Shown piece after piece: positions 1 to 10,789 of a stretch of DNA of 64,000 bases (positions are counted from its first letter, which is position 1; the number at the start of each line of letters is the position of its first letter). The position numbers were made by a program, and so were the translations under genes. The DNA comes from Squalus acanthias (taxonomy: Eukaryota). Below the pieces are notes generated by a model that saw nothing but the letters and a program-made list of their open reading frames with translations, searched no databases and had not been told where the DNA came from. The DNA is taken from assembly GCA_030390025.1 (NCBI GenBank), contig CM059432.1, positions 7,812,001 through 7,876,000 on the forward strand. Direction: 5' to 3'.

Positions 1-385
1 TCAGGGAGAGATCGGAAGGGTCAGGGAGAGATTGGAAGGGTTGGGGGGAGAGTGGAAGGGTTGGGGGGAGAGTGGAAGGGTTGGGGGGAGATTGGAAGGG
101 TTGGGGGGAGATCGGAAGGGTTGGGGGGAGATCGGAAGGGTTGGGGGGAGATTGGAAGGGTTGGGGGGAGATCGGAAGGGTTGGGGGGAGATCGGAAGGG
201 TTGGGGGGAGATAGGAAGGGTTGGGGGGAGATCGGAAGGGTTGGGGGGAGATCGGAAGGGTTGGGGGGAGATCGGAAGGGTTGGGGGGAGATTGGAAGGG
301 TTGGGGGGAGATTGGAAGGGTTGGGGGGAGATCGGAAGGGTCAGGGAGAGATCGATAGGGTTGGGCCGGTGGGGGAGATCGGAAG
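1..385. repeat. 20-bp G-rich minisatellite (TTGGGGGGAGATYGGAAGGG)n
   Basis: Unit repeats continuously from the window start. It explains the low-complexity ORFs at 1-612. A Harbinger-like terminus GGAAATTTAGGGCC follows at ~521-535. Confidence 0.95.
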
Positions 386-598
386 CTGCAGTTGGGGAGC
401 GCAGAGGATGGGGGGTAGGATTGGAAAAAAGGAGGGCTTCGGGACTTTGCCAGATCCAACCTCCACTCCAAATCCCAGCCCTTCGAACATTGCAACTCAA
501 AACAGCTCTCCCCACTCCTTGGAAATTTAGGGCCATTTCCTGTTCCCCAGGGGTAAAGGTCAGGAAAGTCGGCCCTGCGAAAGGGACAGTTAAGTAAT

Positions 599-1000
599 GG
601 GCACGGTAGCATAATGGTTATGTTACTGGACTAATAATCTTGGACTAATGATCTGGAGATATGAGTTCAAAATCCCACCACGGCAGCTGGGGAATTTAAA
701 TTCAGCTAAATAAATCTGGAATTAAAAGCTATTTCAGTAACTACCGGATTATCGTAAAAGCCCATCTGGATCACTAATGTCCTTTTTAGGGAAGGAAATC
801 TGCCGTCCTTACCCGGTCTGGCCTATATGTGACTCCAGACCCACAGCAATGTGGTTGACTCTTAACTGCCCTCTGAAATGGCCTAGCGAGACACTCAGTT
901 GTATTCAAGAAGGTGGCTCACCACAACTTGCTCGAGAGCAATTAGGGATGGGCAATAAATGCTGGCCTTGCTCGTGATGTCCACATCCCGTGAATGAATA
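599..1000 (+). mobile_element. tRNA-headed SINE made of the 5' head and 3' tail of the LINE family at 57.1-60.4 kb
   Basis: A box TAGCATAATGG and B box GAGTTCAAAATCC. 599-903 matches the reverse complement of ~60110-60430. 904-1000 matches the LINE 3' end seen at 17321-17415, 20297-20392 and 57115-57210. Confidence 0.85.
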
Positions 1001-1170
1001 TTTTTTTTAAATGGAGACGTAGGCACAAGTAAAGTAAAAGGCAAGTCAGGAGGCATTCAGCACACAAGGAGTGATAACTACCTGGAATGGGCTGCTGGGT
1101 CGGGTAAGATACATCAGAGAGTTAGATGCTTTGATGTTAGGGCCAGAAATGAATGTGGAAGGAGGAACTA

Positions 1171-1624
1171 GAAAGAAAAACTTTCATTTATATAGCGCCT
1201 TTCACGACCACCTGAGGTCTCAAAGCGCTTTACAGCCAATCAAGTACTTTTTGAGTGTAGTCACTGTTGTAATGTAGGAAACGCGGCAGCCAATTGCGCA
1301 CAGCAAGCTCCCACAAACAGCAATGTGATAAATGACCAGATAATTTGTTCTGTTGATGAGGGATAAATATTGGCCAGGACACCAGGGATAACTTCCCTTT
1401 TCTTCTTCGAAATAGGGGTCTTTTACGTCCACCTGAGAGAGCAGACGGGGCCTATGGTTTAACATCTCATCCGAAAGACGGCACCTCTGACAGTGCAGCA
1501 CTCCCTCAGATGCCAGCACTGGAGTGTCAGCCTAGATTTTTGCGCTCAAGTCCCTAGAGTGGGGACTGCGAACCCACAATCTTCTGAGTCAGAGGCGAGA
1601 GTGCTACCCACTGAGCCACAGATG
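1171..1624 (-). mobile_element. Deu-domain tRNA SINE (SacSINE1-like), near full length
   Basis: On the minus strand: tRNA-like head TGGCTCAGTGG...GGTTCG, core TTGCTGTTTGTGGGAGCTTGCTGTGCG, L2-like tail GGCGCTATATAAAT. Many copies in the window. Confidence 0.85.
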
Positions 1625-2424
1625 GGTTGAATGGCTCCTTCACGTATACTTTGTAATGTTTATGAGAGACAGAGTGAGACGGCAGATGGATTAAAATCTG
1701 TTGAAAGCCGAATGGGTTTTCTCCTTCTATTTCTCACAATGCTTATGCTCTTCTAAATATTTGCCTCATAAGCCTGACCAGCAAAATGTGATCGAAAGTA
1801 GAATCAAGTTGAAATTCATTTTTGTCACAATAGACTTTGCTTAAATCCAATCACATCCCGTTGCTCATCGTGATGCTAAAAGAAGGCAGTACACAGCTCT
1901 AGAAAATGACTTTCTCATTTCTTGATCACTAATTAAACTCCCTGGCAGCCATTACATTTCTTTATCCTCAGAAAACGAAAGTGTAAACATTGATTGCCTT
2001 GGCCTCGCCGTGATCCCAGAAAGAACGCGCTCCGAGAGAAACTCTTTTATGTAGAAAGCAATTGCAGAGTCGCTGGTTCTTAACCAAGCCAAACATTCAA
2101 TATATGCACGTGAAATGTTGCATGCAATTGAAATGCATGAACCATTGAGTGTGTGATAATATTTTGCCTTGAGAGATTCATTTGCAATCCATAACCCCCA
2201 AAATGAGACGACTCCACGAATGAAGAAAATCTCCCCATTCTTACTGTGCACTGCGTCCTTCCATCATATCATACCCCAAAAAATGACTGGTCGGCTAACA
2301 GGTGCAGTGTGTAATTACATCAGATTTTCATGACGTAATTATGCTTTGCATTGAATGGAAGCACTTTGCCGAACCTTGCGATTTAACTCTGCATTTTGTG
2401 CAGTGACTGCATTGAATTTCAGAT

Positions 2425-2850
2425 GTTCAACAACAACAACTTGTTTATATCTAGCACCTTTAACGTAGTAAAACGTCACAAAGTGCTTCACAGGAGCGTT
2501 ATCAGAGAAAATTTGACGCTGAGCCACACAAGGGCAGGTGACCAACAGCTTGGTCAAAGAGGTCGGTTTGAAGGAGCGTCTTAAAGGAGGAGAGAAAGGT
2601 GGAGAGGCGGAGCGGTTTAGGGCAGGGAATTCCAGAGCTTAGGGGCCCAGGCAGCTGAAGGCACGGCTGCCAATGGCGAAGAAAATGGTGGATGCACAAG
2701 AGGTCAGAATTGGAGGGTAGCCAGATATCTCGGGGGCGGCTGTGGGGCTGGAGGAGGTTACAGAGATAGGGAGGGGCGAGGCCATGGAGGGATTTGAAGG
2801 CGAGGATGAGAATTTTCAATTTGAGGCAATGGCAGACCAAATTGAGCAAA
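2425..2850 (-). mobile_element. L2 LINE 3' fragment
   Basis: Translation LKILILAFKSLHGLAPPYLCNLL matches the L2 ORF2 C-terminus. Ends in a (TTG)n tail. Confidence 0.85.
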
Positions 2851-3796
2851 TTGAATGCTGTAACTCCTAATTAGAGAAGATGACTGTGGGGTAATAGTGT
2901 ACGTGGCAGCAGTTAGTCATGTTATGACTAGTATCTTGCTGCAGATCCATGTCGATTTGTTATGCTCTTTGCTTCACACCACAGCATGAATTAATCTGTG
3001 TCCATGGGTACCAATGTTACCGTGCGACCCGTCAGTGTAATACTGTGTTGATAATATCGTTCCTGAAACATCTGTTCCTGTTTTGTATTATCCGTGCATC
3101 ATCTCATCACAAGTATTTCTTTGCACAAAGTGCGGTCAAACATTGGCAACAAATATAATTGCTGTTTACAGGGAGGGAAACTTCTTTGGAACCTCGCTTC
3201 GCTCACTTCCACTAGTTTCCCTCCAGCCGCGCTGCCCTCCCTACAGATCTCAGAAATAAATCTGGACTGCGTGGCAAGTGTGGTTCAGTTTATTCAGGCA
3301 AGTCACTATCCTGTCATGGTTCACAGTAAAAGAGAAATATAACTGTAGTTTTCAATTCAGTTGTGTTACATTTAACTAAAAGATAGATTTAGTACGCAGT
3401 GGAACAGCCGGTTTGGCCCAGTGCTATTAATTCCAGTAGCGAAATATTGGAACTGGGCAGTGAGTTGGCAACCCTGGCATCGGTGCTGGGACTCTTATGA
3501 GATTTGGCGTTAGGATGCATTAGAGTGAGATTGCTTCTGATAAGGCGATCAAAATAATATGAACACAAATTGGGATTCTGACTCAGGTCTCCCGTCGTCA
3601 CTCCAGTGAGAGCCAGATGCAACCACCAGGGAACCAGCATAAATAGCGGAAAAACTCCCACCAGTATCCTACCAGAGTTACAGTCGGAGACCTGCGGGAC
3701 CGCCCGTGGAAATTAATCCCTAAAAGTATTACAAAATGTCCGAATACATTTTTTACCATGATGAAAAATGGGCTACATTTCACTTGGGGTTATGGT

Positions 3797-3938
3797 CAAT
3801 GTTCTCTCTAATCTTTTTCTGGGTGCGCGGCCCGTTCAAATTTCCACGCACGCCCGTTATTTTTCATTTAAAGCCATGTGAGCCGGCTGCGCGGGACCTC
3901 TAGACCGCCGGTGGCCAGGCAGCCTAACGGGAACATTG
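3797..3938. mobile_element. hAT-type MITE, 142 bp
   Basis: TIRs CAATGTTC/GAACATTG. Perfect 8-bp TSD GTTATGGT at 3789-3796 and 3939-3946. Confidence 0.85.
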
Positions 3939-4387
3939 GTTATGGTTACAGATGGGGGTTTCTTGTACAATTGATTCATTTTGATGTATTTTGTGTGAGC
4001 GTTAATGAGATCTTTCACCACAGAAAATCATTTTAATTCTACATCAAGTATCCAATTCTGTGTCACTCAAGCAGCGGAATAGACCAGCTGCTCCCGGGGT
4101 TCCGTTGGCCAACCTCCAAAGTTATGGTGGAAATCGGGCTGCCAGCTCTGATTGGACATATTCCTGGAGGTCTCATCATGTGACCTCCTGCCTCCTACCG
4201 CCCCGCCCCCACATTCTCGCCATCGGTCGCCCGACACATCCACCCTCGCGGTGCATCGCCTTTGTATGGCAATCGGAAAGTGAACAGACTCTTCCTTTCC
4301 TGATCGGATGATTCTAGGTGGGAGACGGTGAGAAGTCATGCAGAAGTTCAAGGCCTTCCTGTTTTGTTCCCACACTGACATTTTCAC

Positions 4388-5425
4388 TCTCCGCCTCTCT
4401 CCACTCCACCTCTCCGCCTCTCTCCCCTCCTCCCCTCCGCCTCTCTCCCCTCCGCCCCTCCGCCTCTCTCCCCTCCACCTCTCATCCCCTCCATCTCTCT
4501 CCCCTCCACCCCTCCATCTTTCTCCCCTCCACCTCTCTCCCCTCCGCCCCTCCACCTCTCTCCCCTCCACCTCTCTCCCCTCCACCCCTCCATCTCTCTC
4601 CCCTCCGCCTCTCTCCCCTCCGCCCCTCCACCTCTCTCCACTCCACCTCTCATCCCCTCCATCTCTCTCCCCTCCACCTCTCTCCCCTCCACCCCTCCAC
4701 CTCTCTCCCCTCCACCCCTCCATCTCTCTCCCCTCCACCTCTCTCCCCTCAACCCCTCCACCTCTCTCCCCTCCATCTCTCTCCCCTCCGCCTCTCTCCC
4801 CTCCGCCCCTCCATCTCTCTCCCTCCACCCCTCCGCCTCTCTCCCCTCCGCCCCTCCGCCTCTCTCCCCTCCGCCCCTCCGCCTCTCTCCCCTCCGCCCC
4901 TCCATCTCTCTCCCTCCGCCCCTCCCTCTCTCTCCCCTCCACCTCTCTCCCCTCCACCCTCCACCTCTCTCCCCTCCGCCCCTCCATCTCTCTCCCCTCC
5001 GCCCCTCCATCTCTCTCCCCTCCACCTCTCTCCCCTCCACCCCTCCACCTCTCTCCCCTCCACCCCTCCATCTCTCTCCCCTCCGCCTCTCTCCCCTCCG
5101 CCCCTCCATCTCTCTCCCCTCCACCTCTCTCCCCTCCACCCCTCCACCTCTCTCCCCTCCATCTCTCTCCCCTCCACCTCTCTCCCCTCCACCCCTCCAC
5201 TCTCTCCCCTCCACCTCTCTCCCCTCCACCTCTCTCCCCTCCACCTCTCTCCCCTCCACCTCTCTCCCCTCCACCTCTCTCCCCTCCGCCCCTCCGCCTC
5301 TCTCCCGTCCACCTCTCGCCCCTCCACCTCTCTCCCCTCTGCCCCTCCACCTCTCGCCCCTCCGCCTCTCTCCCCTCCGCCCCTCCGCCTCTCTCCCCTC
5401 CGCCCCTCCTGCCTCTCTCCCCTCT
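4388..5425. repeat. ~1 kb polypyrimidine minisatellite of CCCTCCRC and CTCTCTC modules
   Basis: Directly visible. Produces the spurious Pro/Ser/Leu and Gly/Glu/Arg ORFs. Confidence 0.95.
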
Positions 5426-5592
5426 CTCTCCTCCTTTAAGACGCTCCTTAAAACCTGCCTCTTTGACCAACCTTTGTGTCACCTGTCCCTCGTTAAGCAG
5501 CTCAGAGTCAGATTTTGTTTGTTAATACTCCTGTGCAGCGCCTTGGGACGTTTTACTACTTTAAAGGCGCTATATAAATGCAAGTTGTTGCT
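5410..5592 (+). mobile_element. L2 3' end
   Basis: CCTTTAAGACGCTCCTTAAAACC...GGCGCTATATAAATGCAAGTTGTTG, shared with the other L2 copies. Confidence 0.85.
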
Positions 5593-5809
5593 GCCAATTC
5601 AGTTTCTTTCATTACATATTTATAATGGCACATCTTTTCAACCTAATTGCAACAGTTTACATCTCTCAGTGTTAACTTATGTATGCCATTCATCTATTCA
5701 GTCTAACTATTGCTGCAAATATTTTCTCTATTTCTACAGCTCTCCTTATATTAGTATTGCCCATAAATTTTGACAAGCTTATATTTGTATTCAATGCCCA
5801 GGTCATTAC

Positions 5810-6014
5810 ATAGTATTACAAAGTATTTACAGCACAGAAACAGGTCATTTGGCCCAACTGGTCCGTGCCGGTGTTTCTGCTCCACACGAGCCTCCTCCCA
5901 CCCTCTTCATCTCACCCTATCAGCATATCCTTCTATTCCTTTCTCCCTCATGTGTTTATCTAGCCTCCCCTTGAATGCATCTATGCTATTCGCCTCAATT
6001 ACTCCTTGTGGTAG
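5810..6014 (-). mobile_element. CR1 LINE 3' end fragment
   Basis: Reverse complement ends ...GGGCCAAATGACCTGTTTCTGTGCTGTA, the CR1 3' hairpin region. Confidence 0.75.
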
Positions 6015-7505
6015 GGATTCTATAATTAGGGGATAGATAGCGTCCTCTGCAGCCAAGAACGAGAATCCCGAAGGGTGTGTTGCCTACCCAGTGCCAGGGT
6101 AAGGGATATCTCGAGGCAGCTGGAGAGGAATTTGGAAAGGGAGGGGGTAAATCCAGTTGTTGTGGTCCATGTCAGAACAAACGACATAGGTCAGAACAGG
6201 GAGGAGATCCTGCTGAAGGAGTATCAGGAGTTAGGAGCTAAATTAAAAGGCAGGACCTCGAGGGTAATAATCTCTGGATTATTGCCCGAGCCATGTGCAA
6301 ATAGGCATAGAAGCAGTCAGATCAGTAGAATTAACATGTGGCTAAAGGGCTGGTGTGGGAAAGAGGGGTTCCTTTTTATGGGACACTGGCACCAGTACTG
6401 GGACTGGAAGGATCTGTACTGATGGGATGGGAACCATGTCCTTGCGGAAAGGGTAAATAGGGAGGTGGGAAAGGCTTTAAACTAATAAGATGGGGGGAGG
6501 GAGCTACAAGAAATGAAACCAACCTAAATATAAACAAAACAGGAAAGGAGAGCGTAGGAAACAGTGCATAAGGGAGGACATTGATGGCCAGGGAATAAAT
6601 GGGGTTATAGAACTGGAGTATAAAAAGATGTTTAAAAATAAAGTGAAAGGAACTGCTATTAAAAATGAGTTAAACTGTCTGTACAGCAATGCACACAGTG
6701 TCCGTAATAAAACAGGGGAGCTGGAGGCAATCATGCGTTGCGAGGAGCCAGATATAGTAGGGATTACTGAGACATGGCTACAGAAAAATCAGGACTGGGA
6801 ATTAAACATTGCAGGGTATAACATATTTAGAAAAGATAGGGAGGGGAAAAGGGGAGGTGGAGTAGCTGTACTTACTAGGGATAACATAATGGCAGTATAG
6901 AAAAAAGTGATGCAGCTATCAGCAAAACAGTAACAGAATCCATGTGTATAGAGATAAAAGATAATAAAGGACGAATCACACCACCTAATAGTGGATGGGA
7001 GGTGGAGGAAGAAATATGCAAACAATTTATGGAAATGAGTAAAAACATAGAATAATAATCATGGGAGATTTCAACTACCCCAATATTACTTGGACAGAAG
7101 AGGTAGGTAAAGGGGACAAGTCAATGGGGTTCCTACAATGTATACAGGACTCCTTTCGAACCCAATATGTAAAAAGCCTAACAAGGGAAGATTCGGTATT
7201 GGATCTAGTAATGGGGAATGAACCAGAGCAGATAAGAGAAGTAAAAGTAGGGGAACATCTAGGCAATAGTGACCATAATATAATACGCTTTAAAATAATA
7301 ATTGAGAAGGACGTAAGTATGACGAAGACCAGGGTGATAGATTGGAGAATAGCTGATTTTGAGGGACTGAGAATAGAACTTGGGAAAATAAAATGGGCAG
7401 CAATATTGGCAAGCAATGACGTAGAACAGCAATGGGAAACATTTAAAATGGTGTTTAACAGAGTCAGGAAAAATATATTCCGCTTAAAAACAAGAACAAG
7501 CTAAA
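6015..7505 (+). mobile_element. CR1 LINE: ORF1 esterase (SGNH-like) remnant and ORF2 AP endonuclease, disrupted
   Basis: DSIIRG...CCLPSARVRD...VVVVHVRTNDIG (ORF1). CLYSNAHSV, DIVGITETWL, GDFNYP and SDHN (APE motifs). Stops and frameshifts present. Confidence 0.92.
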
Positions 7506-7509
7506 GACT

Positions 7510-7790
7510 AATGAGACACCATTTCAGGGTCAAATATGACACCAAGGTTGCGAACAGTGTGGTTCAGCCTCAAACAGATGTTAGGGAGAGGGATGGAGTC
7601 AATGGCTAGGGAACGGAGTTTGTGGCGCGGACTGAAAACAATGGCTTCGGTTTTCCCAATATTTAATTGGACAACATTTTTGCTCATCCAGAACTGTATG
7701 TCGGACAAGAAGTCTGACAATTTAGACAATGTGGAGGGTTCGAGAGAAGAAGTACTGAGGTAGAGCTGGGTGTCATCAGCGTACATGTAC
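7510..7790 (-). mobile_element. L2 reverse transcriptase fragment inside the CR1
   Basis: MYADDTQLYLS...LNIGKTEAIVF...VRNLGVIFD. Confidence 0.88.
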
Positions 7791-7809
7791 ATCTCAATTA
7801 ATTAGAAAA

Positions 7810-9322
7810 AGGTGTAGTGCCAGAGGACTGGTGGAGAGCTAACATAATACCTATATTTAAGAAGGGAGATAAAACATGTCCAGGGAACTATAGCCCAGTC
7901 AGCTTAACATCAGTGGTAGGAAAAATAATGGAATCCCTACTAAAGGAGAAAACAGAAGAACATCTAGAAACCAAAAATATAATAATGAATAGTCAGCATG
8001 GATTTCAAAAGGGAAAGTCTTGCTTGTCCAACCTCATTGATTTTATTACATAAGAACATAAGAACATAAGAAATAGGAGCAGGAGTAGGCCAATTGGCCC
8101 CTCGAGCCTGCTCCGCCATTCAATAAGATCATGGCTGATCTGATCCTAACCGCCAATCTACTATCACAGAACCATCTCCTGAACCTAACAGAATTGGACA
8201 CATGAAATAGGAGCAGGATCAGGCTACATGGTCCCTGGGCCCGCTATGCTACCCACAGGGCCATGACCGATCCGAACCTAGACTCATGTCCAAATTCCTG
8301 CCCGCTCCCCGTAACCCTTAATTTCCTTTACCTCTAGGAAACTGACTATTTCTGTTTTAAATTTATGTAATGATGTAGCTTCTACAGCTTTTTGGGGCAG
8401 CATATTTCATGGACCTACCACCCTCTGAGTGAAGTAGTTCCTTCTCATCTCAGTTTTGAAAGAGCAGCCCCTTATTCTAAGACTATGCCCCCTAGTTCTA
8501 GTTTCACCCATCATCGGGAACATCCTCCCCGCATCCACCCGATCCAACCCCTTCACAATCTTATATGTTTCAATAAGATCGCCTCTCATTCTTCTGAACT
8601 CCAATGAGTAGAGTCCCAATCTACCCAACCTCTCCTCATATGTCCATCCCCTCATCCCTGGGATTAACCGAGTGAACCTTCTTTGTACTGACTCGAGAGC
8701 AAGTATGTCTTTTCTTAAGTATGGACACCAAAACTGTATGCAGTATTCCAGGTGCGGTCTCACCAATACCTTGTACAACTGAAGCAATACCTCCCTATTT
8801 TTATATTCTATCCCCCTAGCAATGAAAGCCAACATTCCATTGGCCTTCTTAATCACTTGCTGCACCTGCATACTAACCTTTTGAGTTTCGTGCACCAGGA
8901 CCCCCAGATCCCTTTGTACTTCAGTACTTTCCAGTTTCTTGCCATTAAGATAATAACTTGCTCTACTATTTTTCCTGCCAAAGTGCATAACCTCACACTT
9001 TCCAGTATTGTATTCCATCTGCCAAATCTCTGCCCACTTACTTAGCCTGTCTATGTCCCCTTGCAGATTTTTTATGTCCTCCTCACTCACTACTTTCCCT
9101 CCCATCTTAGTATCATCTGCAAACTTTGATATGTTACACTCTCTTGAAGCGGTAACAGAGAGAATAGACAAGGGTAATGCAGTAGATGTAATTTATCTAG
9201 ATTTTCAAAAGGCCTTTGCTAAGGTGCCACATAATAGACTAATGAATAAGATCAGAGAATGCAGAGTCAGGGGACAAGTAGCAGAATGGATAGCTAGCTG
9301 GCATCAAGACAGAAAGCAGAGA
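7810..9322 (+). mobile_element. CR1 RT fragment split by an antisense CR1 insertion
   Basis: PEDW...NYSPVSLTS...QHGF...SCLSNLIDF (7817-8045) resumes as EAVTERIDKGNAVDVIYLDFQKAF (9146-9322). Confidence 0.88.
8048..9145 (-). mobile_element. 5'-truncated CR1 with two successive 3' UTR modules
   Basis: ORF 8407-9171 contains SKFADDTK and LYKVLVRPHLEYC. (TTCTTATG)n terminal repeats at 8050-8072. Confidence 0.92.
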
Positions 9323-9752
9323 GACTGGGGGGGAGGCCGACGGTTTCCTTGAGGAGCCTGGGAGGGGCTTGGGCGGGGGGGGGGAGGGGACAACACTCCT
9401 GCTCCTCCTGGCCCACAAGGAGTGCTAAAGGAGCCACGTCCCTTGGGGCGCCGGCAGCTCATGCTTCAGATCAGCTGCCGGGAATCCCAGAGGCCGAGCA
9501 TTCCCCCTCACTTAATGTGGCATTTAGGTTGCGACACTGATGATGTCATCAGGCGGCGATGTTGGTATGTTAATTATGCCCCCGCCTGCCTTGTGCGGGA
9601 GCCTCGGCCACGGCTTGATTTTTGCACTTGCAAATTTAAAGGGGCGGGTATGGGGTTGGGTTTCCCGATCCTGATATTTTAACCCCCCGCCCCCGATCCT
9701 CTCACGTGTGCCGGGGTGAGGGGGGGTGGGGGGGCGGATTTAGAATCAAGAC
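9322..9752. mobile_element. GC-rich non-autonomous DNA transposon fragment, probably Harbinger-type
   Basis: GC-rich segment interrupting CR1 sequence, with motifs resembling other MITE arms. TIR and TSD are unclear. Confidence 0.45.
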
Positions 9753-9754
9753 CA

Positions 9755-10340
9755 TTGATTACAAAAGTGAGGAAGTTATGTTAAAACTTTATAAATCACT
9801 GGTTAGGCCTCAGCTGGAGTACTGTGTCCAACTCTGTGCAACTCTTTAGGAAAGATGCCGAGGCTTTAGAGATGGTTCAGAGGAAATTTACCAGAACGAT
9901 TCCAGGGACGAGGGACTTCAGTTGTGTGGAGAGGCTGGAGACGCTGGGATTGTGCTCCTTAGAGCAGAGAAGGTTAAGGGGAGATTTAATAGAGGTGCTC
10001 AAAATCATGAGGGGCTTTGATAGAGTAGAGAGGGAGAAACTGATTCCACTGGCAGAAGGGTCGGTAACCAGAGGACACAGGTTTAAGATAATTGGCAAAA
10101 AATCCAGGAGGGAAAGGAGGAGAATTTTTTTTTTAAATGCCGTGAGTTGTTACGCTCTGGAATGCGCTGCCTGAAAGGGCGGTGGAAGCAGATTCAATAG
10201 AAGCTTTCAAAAAAAAAATTGGAAGATATACTTGAAAAGGAGAAATTTGCAGGATTTGGGCCGATTGGATGGCTCTTTGAAAGAGCTGGCACAGGCACGA
10301 TGGGCCGAATGGCCTCCTTCTGTGCTGTGGGATTCTATGG
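9755..10340 (+). mobile_element. CR1 3' fragment
   Basis: LEQRRLRGDLIEV...TRGHRFKI and the 3' hairpin GGGCCGAATGGCCTCCTTCTGTG. Confidence 0.9.
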
Positions 10341-10789
10341 AAGTCTCTTCAGACCCTATCCCAGCACACTGGTCTGCAGTGACTAAATATTTGAGTTAAT
10401 TTATCAAAAACAATTTTTTAAAAACCCCTCACATAATCCACATGTTTATTCCTGCATGCATTGGCCATCTGGTCATGCAGACGGCAGAAGTAGATTGAAT
10501 AGTCACTCGGTGGGCGATTGGTTGCAGGGGGAGCGATTATGTGTGTATTACGTCATGTTGAAAATGGATTTTACTGATGTTTCCAAAGTCAAAATGAACC
10601 CAAAAACAGAATGATTTGATGAACGATAATTACCCGCATGGTTGATTGTCAGGAAATCTGGGCTGTAGCTTAAAAAATGCGGCTTACACGTTGCACAGCA
10701 AAGCACAGGCACAAGGCACTTAGGGCAACGCACTCTGCCACAGAGAAATCATTTCAATCCCGAAATAGTTACTCTGCTGTATTGTGACA

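Noticed and set aside
1..385. Possible CRISPR array or telomeric repeat
   Set aside because: No unique spacers, no cas genes, eukaryotic context, and the unit is not TTAGGG.
1..612. Pro-rich and Gly-rich ORFs
   Set aside because: Artefacts of the 20-bp tandem repeat.
3094..3342. Possible host exon after TTACAG at ~3170
   Set aside because: No recognisable protein in any frame and no convincing canonical donor.
4067..5525. Long 192-471 aa ORFs on both strands
   Set aside because: They are translations of a stop-free CT-rich minisatellite.
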